DNA of 64,000 bases, taken from assembly GCA_904063045.1 (NCBI GenBank), contig CAJFCJ010000003.1, positions 3,024,504 through 3,088,503 on the forward strand. Direction: 5' to 3'. Position 1 is the first letter of the stretch. Each line of letters begins with the position of its first letter. A program made the position numbers and the translations under genes. Shown in pieces: positions 52,215 to 64,000 of this stretch. The stretch is from Dimorphilus gyrociliatus. Taxonomy: Eukaryota > Animalia > Annelida. The notes beneath the pieces are model-generated. The model had not been told where the DNA came from, did not search any database, and saw nothing but the letters and a program-made list of their open reading frames with translations.

Positions 52215-54429
52215 ATGAATGAGAACGGCGATACAGATAGTTTCAGAATAGAAGTAAAAATTTATTTATGTTTATATGTATTTAAAAGTAATAAATAATC
52301 TTATTTTTAATATTAGAAAAATGAAACTCTTAATGAAAAAGTTAACTCTGTTAATGATAATAAATTCAATAACATTCTTAACGAAGAATTAATGAAAACT
52401 CCGCGTTTAGAAGACAATAAAGATAGTGAAATATCAATTATATTAACAGTAGATGAAATCAAGTTTATATGGAAAATATTTCTTTCATTTGGGGTAAGTA
52501 TTTGAATACATTCAGTTAAAAATATTTAAATAGAATACTAAAATGCGTATTATATAACAAAATATCAAATTTATTTTCATAAAATATTTAGCAAGTTACA
52601 AATATCTTTTCGCCTTTTTTTCGCTACAGAATTCTCATGATATTAATGTTAATGTCATTGAATCAAGGAAAAATATACTACAGTTCAACAGATACGACAT
52701 ATTTATGACTCTTTCAGGAGGTGAAGAACAGTTGAAGAGCACAATAGATTTATTAAAATCGGTCATTTCACAAGTAGACTTAAAAATTGTTGAAAAAAAG
52801 AATTTTTCAAGTTTTGAAGAATCTAAAGGTAGAATTAACCAAATCTATACACTAGAATATATATATATATATATACTGTATATACTGTATATAATATACA
52901 ATATATAGAATTTATATAAAGAGAGCTACCACGACTTGTTAGTTCATTGTTTATATTAACTGTTAAATAAATAGAAAAAATTTTTTTTACAAGTATTAGA
53001 GGTTGGTTTTATGGGATTTGTAGTCTAATTACTCATATATACACTATATTATCCACTTCATTTGTGATTATATCAAAATAAGCTATACAGAAAAACAACG
53101 TACATTTTTTAAACTATATAGTATCTTAATAGATTTTATAGAGATACAGGCTCTTTATAAATGTTTTTGTTAACTTCAATTTATGTTCGATAACATATAT
53201 ATAATAATATTCCATTTATAAACTTATTAAATGTCAATTAGATATATGGATTCCAAGGCATATTTCGGATTTGGATTTTTGCAACCATTTGCAAACTAAA
53301 TTCGATCCAAGTATAGATTCTAATCATCCTGGCTTCTATGATTTGGAATATAGAGAGAGACGTCAACATATAGCATCCTTGGCTTTCTCTTATAAACAGT
53401 AAGATTGTATATTATTCTTCAATTTCAGACTATTATATATATAGTCGGTAGCGCGTATATATTTATGTAATATGTGTTATAAAAACCAAGAATGACATTG
53501 CTCTTACAAACAGTTCGCAAGAAATACCTAACGTTGTCTATACTGAGCAAGAAATACAAACTTGGTCTCATGTTTACAGAAGCTTGAAAAAACTGTATCC
53601 AACTCACGCTTGCCTACGGTTTAATCAAATTTTTGCTAAATTGGAGGAGGGTTGCGGCTATTCTGAACACAATATACCGCAATTGAACGACGTTTCTTTG
53701 TTTCTTCAAAAAAGCTCTGGCTTTAGATTACGTCCAGTTGCAGGTTTGTTATCCCCTCGTGATTTTTTATGCAGCTTGGCTTTTAGAGTGTTTCAGTGTA
53801 CACAATATGTTCGTCACCATGATCGTCCGGAGCATACTGTAGAACCGGATTGTATTCATGAATTAATTGGCCATGTACCTATGCTTTGCGATCCATATTT
53901 CGCAAAGTTTTCTCAAGAAATTGGATTGGCGTCAATAGGAGCAAGTGATAAAGATATTGAAAAATTATCAACTCTTTATTGGTTCACAGTAGAATTTGGT
54001 CTATGCGGAGAAAATGGTGAAACTCGAGCCTATGGAGCCGGACTACTCTCAGCGTTTGGTGAGTTGAAACACGCCTTGAGCGACGTCCCCGAAAAGCGTC
54101 CTTTCTCTTTGGAAGAAATATCCACACAAATCTACCAAGATCAAGGTTACTAACGTAGAATATAAACCTCTTATTATCAAGTAAAAACGCTAACGAATAT
54201 CTTTTAAATAGATTACCAACCACTCTATTTTGTGGCTGACAGTTTCGAGAATATGATGGAAAAGCTTTTGCAATATTCTTCAACTATTCAAAGACCTTAT
54301 CAAGTCCAATACGATTCCTATACACAATCCTTAGTTTTGCTTAACAATACGGATATCATCAATAAAACAATTCAATCTATTGATGATGAATTAGCTCGAC
54401 TGAAAGAGTACCTGAATATTACCATTTGA
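52215..54429 (+). CDS. TH: Tyrosine 3-monooxygenase (tyrosine hydroxylase); 6 exons (52215-52253, 52317-52493, 52630-52828, 53242-53398, 53514-54145, 54212-54429), 473 aa
   Basis: ACT-like domain with IESR. The TH-diagnostic [19 protein letters not shown] contrasts with the YG.ELDADHPGF of PAH/TPH. Also [12 protein letters not shown], iron ligands in HELIGH and [14 protein letters not shown], and YQDQ (the tyrosine-specificity Asp). Junctions are in frame (1422 nt). Confidence 0.9.
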
Positions 54430-54447
54430 CATATTCTATTCAATGAT

Positions 54448-54488
<41 letters not shown>

Positions 54489-55774
54489 AATGATTGTAAA
54501 ATTATCTCCTTTTAATTCAATTATAATACATCTATCAATTTCTATTGAAATTGACAAAATACCCTTTAGAGTGTTACTTAATTTTATTTCTGAATTTGTC
54601 CTGTAGATGGTGCTGTATATCTTTGTCCAACTTGGAATGTATTTAATTAGGGGTACACAGCTGTCTAATAGAAAAATCGGCTGAGGTCGAATATTATCAT
54701 AGGGACTTTATCGGTGTATACACAAGAAAACAAGTAATTAAATGGGGCGATTTAAAGGGACAGTTTTATGTTCTTTAGCTTTCCATTGTAGACTGAGTAT
54801 AATAGCGTTTTGGTGCAAAAGGGAGAAGGGGATAAAGAATGTATATACGTATATTGATTAGGAAGCGTAAGACGTGATTAATAAGACTCTTCTTATGTTC
54901 GTGTAAAATTCTCAGCACGCTGTACAGATGTACAGATCGAAGAGACTTTATTGTATTTCGTAACAATTTTCTAAGTAGACTGTATTTAACGCCCTTTTCA
55001 ATGATGCACAAATAAGGATTTTAACAAAATTAACAAAAAAGATAATGTTTAAAACTTGCACTGATATGAGGAAATTTTTCCTGCATTGAAATATATTAAC
55101 TTTTTGTTGTAATCAGCTGTAAATTATTAATGCAGTCCATAAACAGGCATTTATTACATAATTTCACTAATATTCATATTACAGTATATGCAAATGTGTA
55201 TTTTATAATATATATATATATATATATATACATTTGTCGTTGATATCCCTTTTATCGTTGTGACGAATCATTGTCTATGCAAAATGCTAAGAGCTGATAT
55301 ATTCTGCACAGTGATAAATAGGCCTCAATTAGCCTATTTACTCAAGAGTAGAGCAATGTTATAGATAAGCAGAGACAGCAAAGACGACGTTCCCTCTCCC
55401 CCCCTCTTTACCCTACCCCTCCCTCCCTTTAAACGTACAACAGATGAGTTTATGACAATTCCATCATCGTTGTTACTGTTTTTTCGTTTGTCTTTTCCTT
55501 TTTTTCCCATGTTTTTCTTTATAAAATGGAAGTAATTTATCACTTATGAAAAAGTCTTTAATATATAATATTTACTTAATAATTAATAAATTCTTCCTCT
55601 AAGCAATAATAATTAACATTAACAATTGAATGTTGATACGTTTACATGATATATATATATATAAAGGTAAGGTTTAAGATAAATGAATATATGTATATAT
55701 GTGTATAGTATAAAGATATACTGTATAGTATTTACATGAAAGTAAAAGTAAATTGATTATACCGTCTTTTCTTT

Positions 55775-58700
55775 TTATTTATATGTTTCAAATTTCGTTG
55801 TTGGGAATGAGACTTCTGGATAAAGATGGACGCCATATAATCTTTCAGAGATCTGGTTATTTCTGTTAATAGTTGAGAATTTTTCTTCAATTTCCTCTCT
55901 CGTAGGTGGAGGATTTGTTGGAGCAGTACTATATACCAAATTTGCTTCGTAGTAGTCTGAACCTCTTTGCCTGTTCAGAGAGAAATAAAGAAAAGAAACT
56001 TTAAAAAAAGAAGAGATCGTAAAAGTTCAATTCACTTAAAACCTGTATCATTCTAATGCAACTAAATGCCCCTTTCTCTTCTCGTCAATTACAACTAAAT
56101 ATGCCAAGGTGAATTCCTCATTGATACTCATGATTAGCTAGATAAAAGGGTTAGCTTTTTTAATTAAGACTTTAAATTTAACTATTAGAGAATACGAGAA
56201 GAAGAATTTTCGTTTGTTAATTAATTAGTATATACATATCTAAAGTAAAATATAAAAGCTATCTGTAAAGAGAAATATTGTAAAAGGCGCATTTCTCGAA
56301 AGTGAGCTATCATACAGGTGCTAATTAGCGTGTGCGCTCTACCAATCATCAAAGGCAAAAATTTAGGCCTAGCTTGAATCTTGTTTACCAAGAACTCATT
56401 GAATCGATCTAAATACCAGACAGTCAAAAAGAGATAGAAGATGAAAAAATTAAAAATAAATTAGTTCACTTTTGCCTTTTTTTACTTTTCTGTAGGTGAC
56501 CTCTAAGGAGAACATTTTCTTTTAAAAATCGAGTGTTTGGTTTGTCAGTTGAGAAAATAAATAAAACAGAGAAAGATAAAAGTTTTTCTTCTCTTTTTTT
56601 ATCGTTTGTAAGTTATTAATAATATATTGATTCCTATGAGAATTTATTTGATAGGGGACGCAGTTGTTATAGCATCATCGTTCATTTAATAAAGAAAATA
56701 TTATTTAGCTGCAGGGTTTTACTAAAACAGTGGAAGAAGACAGAAAAAAAAGTAGTTGTAAACTGGTACAAAATATATTTATACGGTATATATATCTGCG
56801 TTTAAAAAGGAAATATTAAAAATTAGCATCTTTTACCTTTCATATATATAAATGTATGTGTATTAGTAATATACTTTTTCCATTTAAGTAAAAGAAATTT
56901 GCAGATTTAAACTAATAGAAATAATGATTGTTTTTTTCATAAAGTGTTAAATGAAGACGAAGCAATCATATCTTATTACTTTGTATATTTCGAAAAAAAA
57001 AGAATAGTAACTTATAGGTTTTTCTAACTTTTATGTAATTAATCATTATCTCTATGCAGAATATTAAATCTGTGATAAAATCATACGAAGGAGTGAAACG
57101 AACCTTTTCAAACAGATTACACCAATAACTAAGATGCTGACGCTTAGTATTAAGGAGACTCCGATTATGATAGCGATCCATAATCCATACGGTAAAGAAA
57201 CGCCACCCCATCTGACTAGATCGGCAGGTTGACGGTCTGGAAGAGGCAAAATGTTTACTTTTCGAATTATATGGGATTTATATTCTATCTACGCTACAGT
57301 GGATACCTCGACTGCAATTTATTTGTTTACCAGCCCAAACACTCCGAGAACAAGTTAACGTCCATGTTTCACCAGTTGAATTGCAGATTACCTCAACCGT
57401 TGTTGCTGTTCGCCGCTTAATCCGTGCTCTAAACGGAATATAAGGCTTGGAGCATCCTTCCACTGATAGGATAAGAAAAAAATCCAAAATATTCATCAGT
57501 CACACTCATTATTTGTTATTCATTTTTGAAAAATGATACTTATATTTAAAAGGATTTACTTCCTTTGTTAAATCGTATAAAGATAGTTATCAAAAGAAAA
57601 AAATGTATAGAAAAACAAGCGCTTTATAAGCTACATGAAAATCTTAGAAAAATTGATGAAAGCTTTGCTAAATCTTTGTCTGTTATATACGAATTAATGG
57701 TTAATAAAAATTCTAAAGAGTAAAATCTATACGATAATATACCGTTAGATTATTAAAAAATTTACAATATAAATTATATATTGTAAAATTATAATGAAAT
57801 TATTAATGAACATAATTTTCTCCACTATTCTAAGTACTTTCGAAAGAAGTTTTACAATATACAATAGGATTAAACAGTAACTCAAATTCTATTATATCTG
57901 AACTTTTTTTTTCTTGGCTATGCGTCTCTTTTAAAAAGTGCAATGAAACAGTCTATTCTTGTGAGTTCTTTTCATATTTTATGGATCAAAAACGGGAAGA
58001 GATACCCTCTCCGTACATTTAGCTCTCATGAATAGCAGTTGGAATGATTTTGGGATGTTACAGAGGAAAATCAAATTAAATCAAGTGTGTTTTTAAAATG
58101 CAACAGGCGTTACAGGCTCTCCCTCGGACGATCGAACATAAAAACCATCTAGATGAATAGTTAGCTGAGATATATAGTGTGTATTTGAGCTTAAAAATAG
58201 AACTCTTTAGAATGAAAGAGCTGCACCGAAATTCACCAAATAGACGATGGGAAATGAAGTAAAGTTTTTCTTTCTTTATGAGAAACTGCCATAAATCTAA
58301 ATAACCTTAAAACATTTACTAAGCTTCTCCTAATGAGAGATAGTCAGTGTTTTTTAGGAAAGTGATCTTCATATACTTAAAATATCTATCCTGTAAATTA
58401 TATTCACTCCTTTTGTAGCTCGATTTTATAACATGTAAAAGGAAGCCGCAAAGGGGTTGTGTTGTTTACCACAAAATTTGATTCCTTTTGTGAATTCATA
58501 TGATTAAAGTTTAAGCGTCTAACAAGTAAAAGACTCTTAGTGAAAGTAATGATGTAAAAGAATAAAAGAAAAATCGGAAGTTGATGAGCTTCCTCTTAAA
58601 TAATTTTTCAATTTCTTTATAGCCTTATTACAAATGACCAATTCAACAATAATCAATAAAACTTTTCAAGCACTGTTCAATATCAATAAGCTACACACAT

Positions 58701-60340
58701 TGCAAATTAGATTGAATATGAAATTGACTTTCGATTTCCTTTAAAAAATTAACGCTCAATGATTTTTTGAAAATAAAAATAAAATCATAATTTTCCTTTT
58801 TTTCCGCATTAGCACGTTTTAAAGAATATATACTTTCATCTCTTTTTATAAGTTTTGAAGAGAGAAAACTTAATATCTTTTGCAAAAAGTCTTTTCTCTC
58901 TAAGGTGCTCCTCCTTTTTTCTTTTTCTCAATATTAAAAGTAATGCAAAGGGAGTGCTCTATTTGTAGTTCACCTTTAACTAAGTATAGAATATAATTAT
59001 CTAGAGGAAAAATTCTCTCATTTATATTTTAGTGAAGAAAATCTATCATTTCTGAAAATGTTTCTAATGGAAAAAGTACTCTATTTTGACTTGTTTATAG
59101 GGGTCTCTAAGTGTCATGAACATCTAAAGGTATTGCCTAGGGCTAAGGGATATTATAAGTGTCAAACGGTGCTACTTAATCGTAATAGAAATTATTGATT
59201 AAACTTTCCATAGAACTATATTATAATTTTTAATTGAAGTTATTTAAAACGGCATTTAAATATTATTTACTGTCGACATATTTACTGTTTCATCAATTTT
59301 TATTAACTTTTTTATATACTTAACTAATTAGATCCCCTAAGGGACTATTGAAGCCTTTTAAAGGTCGTCGATAACTTGTTTAGTATTATTAAGTAACCCT
59401 TTTTATGCATCGTAATTAAAAAAGTTTACATTTACCTTTATAGTGTACAAAAAAGTTTTCATTAAACATTGGTTGTGAATCAAATTCTAGCTCTATAGTC
59501 TTGGATCCAGGTGAAGGTTGACTCGTGTACTCATCCCTATCGCATTGTAACTCAAATACATCGTAAAATCTAACGTTTTCAGATATTCTTACAACACTGT
59601 TACATTTGGTTTTTGAAAATGAGACCATTTTCAATTTTACAATTTGAGTCGGAAGTAGACGAAAAGCTAACGAGCATTTACTTAGAACTTGTGATGATAA
59701 TATACCGGAATGACCAGGTATGTATATGATATTAGTACAATCGCCATCAATCGGTTGAAAAGTATTTAAACACCAATGAGATAATTTCAAATAGCGAAGT
59801 ATGTCTTTTGGACAATTGCTCTTCATTTCAGTCAATCTTGTTAAGAACTTAGCTAAATTGCAGGAAGATGTTGCTGAACACTCAGAAGCAAATAAATGAG
59901 TAACGTTATCTCTACAACCTGTATATAAAAAGAAAAGTAGATTAATTTTAGATCATTTATAATATAATATATCTGTACAATACAAATACACCTTACAAAT
60001 TAACTGACAAAGATGGTATAAATACACAGTTTATTTGTAGAGGGAAAGGAGATAAAAAAAGAAAAACAAAAGAATTTAATACGTTCGTTAGCCCGCCCAC
60101 AGCAACGTAAAAAAAAATATTTACACACGGTTAACAGCGCCATCTTTTCCACTCGTTTTTGATCTTTGATATAGACAGGAATATGCCCTCAAGTCAATGT
60201 TATTCTTACCGATATTTTCTTTGTACGAAACGAAGCATTTGCTGTTTTTTTCCATTCTACCATAAAGTGCTTCCTTGACCAATAAAACTTGGTCTGATTC
60301 GCAAGTAACAGTATGATCCGTCAAATGGCATACTTCTGTA
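55775..60340 (-). CDS. Type I membrane protein: SUEL/galactose-binding-lectin-like + CUB-like + sushi-like + TM + cytoplasmic tail; exons 60340-60210, 59918-59436, 57462-57307, 57236-57104, 55970-55775; signal-peptide exon not located
   Basis: VCHLTDHTVTCESDQVLLVKEALYGRM...GC...C....SC...CPKDILRYLKLSHWC fits SUEL-type Cys spacing. GCSKPYIP...VICNSTGETWTLTCSRSVWAGKQINCS is sushi-like. TM segment LWIAIIIGVSLILSVSILVIGVICLKR. All splice phases are compatible through to TAA. Confidence 0.75.
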
Positions 60341-62594
60341 CTGTTATAAGTATGATATTCTGTTTAATTTGAAAAAGAGAATTCATATTAGCATCATTAA
60401 TATATTGGTTTCTTATTATTTAAATAGTACAGTTTTAACATTTAGATAGAGAGTAGAGAATATGTTTCAGTCTTGCAAAATTTTAAGCTTCTATAAAGCG
60501 AGAAATCGTTAATTATTAATAAATAACCAGTTGGACAAGTGGCGGTAACCTTATTTAATTAGCATATTTCCCGAGTGATCTGCACCGAAACTATTGACGT
60601 TTTCTTTCGTTTTTAAGACGTCGACGAGAAAGAAACGTCGATAAAGCAATTTTGCGCTTGAACGCCCAAGACATGTGTGGTTTACACTATAGACAATAAA
60701 AAAAGTTATATCTACTTTATAATATATTAAGTTAATCATCAGGAAACAGAAATGATGTTTAACTGCATCATCTATTCATTTATGGTATTTCAACTCACTT
60801 ATTATGGTATTTTTAACTTATGAATAATAAATACAAATTTCTTTTATGCTGTTTTTTTTATTATTATTATGTTTTCATTTACTTGCTTTTGTTACATTTT
60901 CACCCATCGTCTCGAAAAAAAGGTTCTTTAAATATCAGTATAGAATTTTATGTAAGTAAATAATTAAGGAAACATTTAGCCTAATTAATGTCCGTATTAG
61001 TCTCCTTAAATGGAGAGGAAGGGGTGGTGAAAAGAGGCGAGGTGGGGAAGAAAACAGAGACAAAGACTACACGAAAAACTAATATATTTAAGTAGAAAAA
61101 GAAGAAATTGATAATTGAATTGTAAAAGGTTAAAAATTTTGTACATTGACATAAACATTGGCAGAAAACCTATAGTGTTAGATGACAAAACAATGAATAG
61201 AAAATGAAGAAATTCAATAACTTATTGAATGAAATTATATGCTAGTCAGAAAAGATACAACTCACGCAATTCAACAAGAGTTTATAGCTAATAAGGAAAT
61301 AATATAGGGAGAGATTATTACCTTGAGCTTGCTAATAATATGATTGTAATAGTCTTTCTACTTTGCCCTTTTTCTGTGTCTGAATGCATACATATGCGTC
61401 TGTCCGTGAAACTGTTTATTATACCTTCACAATCCCTCTCTCTCCGTCTTTTATTCCTTTTTTGTCCCCTGTATAACTTAGCTTATATCTACATCTATAC
61501 TACTTTGTAATAACTATTGTTAGTATTATTTTTCAACTTCACAAGTAAAATCTATTATAAAAATAGAAGAGAAAGAAAGCGAGGAATTTGAGATGGTATG
61601 AAATTTTTATCAGTGCCAGAAAATTTGATATGTAATCAGAAAAGAAAGAAGCGGCTATAAGGTTTTTTGTTAAGTAATAAGCTTCTGCTTTGAAAGATAA
61701 AAACGTCCAATGGGCTTTAAAAGAGACTTGAGCTAATACGTTATCACGTGACTTCAAAAACCCTCATACGATTTTAAGGTAATCTGAATGAATAAAATAG
61801 GCGGCATTGATGACATTTTACTCAACGAAGTAGCATATGAAAAAAGGAATACACGACTAAATATACTAAACCCTATATTGTCTTCGTTACCCAGTTTTCT
61901 ATTCAGACAAGGAAGCAAAGGAATGTACTCAATTTCATTTGCGACATGTTTAAGGCTATACAAACACTCAAAGAATACATATAAATCTATCATTGTACGT
62001 AATATAGCTGACTATGATTATATAAGATTCATCGCTTCTTTTTTTTCATTTAGCCCTCTACAGTTGATTTTCTCGCAGAAATATAGACAATATCAATAGA
62101 AAATCGTTACCAAGTCAACCGAACACTGTTTATTTCAAGTTGGAGAGATCCATCACAATGTATAATAACTTGACTTATCATAATAGAAGGAAAATAACTA
62201 TCTTAATTCAACATATAGTATTTGAGATATTCATATATTTTTATATGATATTTTGAAATTGTATCGGGTTTTTAAGTGTTCGTAGAGTTTCCTACTGAAA
62301 CGATTTGCTATATTCACATGCACATGTTGAGAGTAATATCAAGGGATGCTTAATATAATATAGACATAATATAAAGTATAATTACTTTGCAAGCAAAGAA
62401 AAATGCACATGGCTACGTTAATTATAAGAATTAATCCCGAACTACTTAAAGATAAATCTTGCTTTTTACGTGTATATTGGCATATAGTAGAAATGCAGGC
62501 ATTGGTCTATGTGAATTATGTATTGTATATGTATGCTGTATATTAATATATAAATATTAGTATATGTATATATATATAATGTATCTAATAGTAC

Positions 62595-62632
<38 letters not shown>

Positions 62633-64000
62633 CTTTAAATCAGTATGCGGTAGTCGGCAGGTGGCGTTTATATCGATGAATAAATTTAATCGGTAACTTG
62701 TAACGAAAAGATTGTTTGCAGAGTAATGAATCATACTAAATATTTCAATAATTCTTATCTTTATATTATTTGAAATCATTTAAATCATCCATTGCAGAGT
62801 TTTATTCTTTGCAGTTATTTTACTATAATATTTTACAGTAGCGTTTCGTGAACGTCGTACAATATTTACGTAACACCATTATTTGACGTGATAAGATGTA
62901 TTAGTTTGATCTACATTCAAGGGCCCTTAAGCAGTTTGCTGTTTTCTTTGTCTAAAACATATAATGAATGATACATGAAAATATATATAAGTATATATAT
63001 TTCACGTTGAATGTTCCATCTTTAGCAGACTTTGAACTTGAAATAAAAGAAAAAAGGGTTGCACTTGAGGAGAGATCAATAATTAAATACAATTTATATC
63101 GCTGAATATGACTAAATCGTAAATCCTAGTTGAATAATAATAAATATATTGGTGACGCAAACCTCTTTTTAACGCCTCGCGTATATGAAATTAGCGTATT
63201 ATGGGAAAAAAGGCCACCCACCGATGCCACGCTATTCTGCCATTCATCAAAACGGGTGACGGACGCTAAATGAATGCTGACGTTGGGCGATCATATAATG
63301 TATAAAATTGGCGATTTCGTAGTGGCAGTGCGTAGAGAAAGTATTGTTAATGATATTCGTAATTATAATAGTAATACTTTGCTATAGCTTATTAAGCTTT
63401 TCAATATATTGAAAGAATTGGATAAAATGGATAGGGTAGAAGGACTTTCTTTTTCTATTATTTATATTATACTTTCCCTGCCGTTTATAAAACTAACTTT
63501 ACGATTCATACTCTTCTGGAAAATAACAGAGTTGCGCAATCACTAATTATAGTAGAAAATAGCAAAAGTTTCTTATAATTTTCCATAATCAAAAGAAAGA
63601 TTAAAGTAACTTCTTGTAAAGGCAGCTGTACTGCTGTTTAAATCTATGAAACTTTACGCAAGACAATTTTATTGGTAATGTATTTAATATATGCTTTACT
63701 AAGTATACACTCATATATAGATATGCATATACATACATGTATATATAAATGTATATATATATATAAATTTATATATATATAGATAATGTATACAAAATAT
63801 AAGTATCTTTGTATACATTGTCTAATAGTGTACATATTTTTTCTCATTTAAAAGTATATATTAAGTAAATAACTATGAATTTTCTTAGTTTTCCCTTTAT
63901 GTTTATATATGTAAAAATATAATGTATCTGCAGAAGACAATATATTTTATAAATATATACAGTATAGTTTATAATATAAAGTAATATATACATCGATACT

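Noticed and set aside
52215-54429. Calling the hydroxylase PAH or TPH
   Set aside because: [21 protein letters not shown] and YQDQ are TH-type rather than PAH/TPH-type.
1-64000. CRISPR arrays, rRNA/snRNA genes, non-standard genetic code, prokaryotic contamination
   Set aside because: No repeat-spacer arrays or recognisable structural RNA. Confident genes end in standard TAA or TGA and have GT-AG introns. Most remaining short ORFs in the track are microsatellite- or AT-derived noise or antisense shadows of real exons.

Overview
AT-rich eukaryotic (animal) genomic DNA with spliceosomal GT-AG introns (some only ~55-70 nt) and many (TA)n/(GA)n microsatellites. I see no prokaryotic features, CRISPR arrays, rRNA or tRNA. 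Gene content and the SUEL-lectin/CUB/sushi architecture suggest a compact-genome lophotrochozoan, probably an annelid (inference only). Genes reconstructed by hand: NK4/tinman-type homeobox (3104-4662, -); two tandem POU class IV genes (14812-15740 and 22801-23646 plus an uncertain first exon, both -); a two-exon 77-aa secreted peptide gene absent as a whole from the ORF track (32298-33327, -); ClC-7 (39035-49460, +, 13 exons); an intronless secreted protein resembling a degenerate class I SAM methyltransferase (50821-51705, +); tyrosine hydroxylase (52215-54429, +); and a SUEL/CUB/sushi-like type I membrane protein (55775-60340, -, first exon not found). 4.7-38 kb is a gene-poor regulatory landscape. 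Best leads: an 86-nt near-identical tract between otherwise synonymously saturated POU4 paralogs (gene-conversion signature), the orphan secreted peptide, the degenerate methyltransferase-like gene 510 bp upstream of TH, recurrent CTCF-like motifs, a GATA cluster upstream of NK4, and an exon-pair duplication plus NAGNAG site in the ClC-7 N-terminus. All gene models are manual and need transcript confirmation. I found no evidence strong enough to claim a wholly new multi-gene system.
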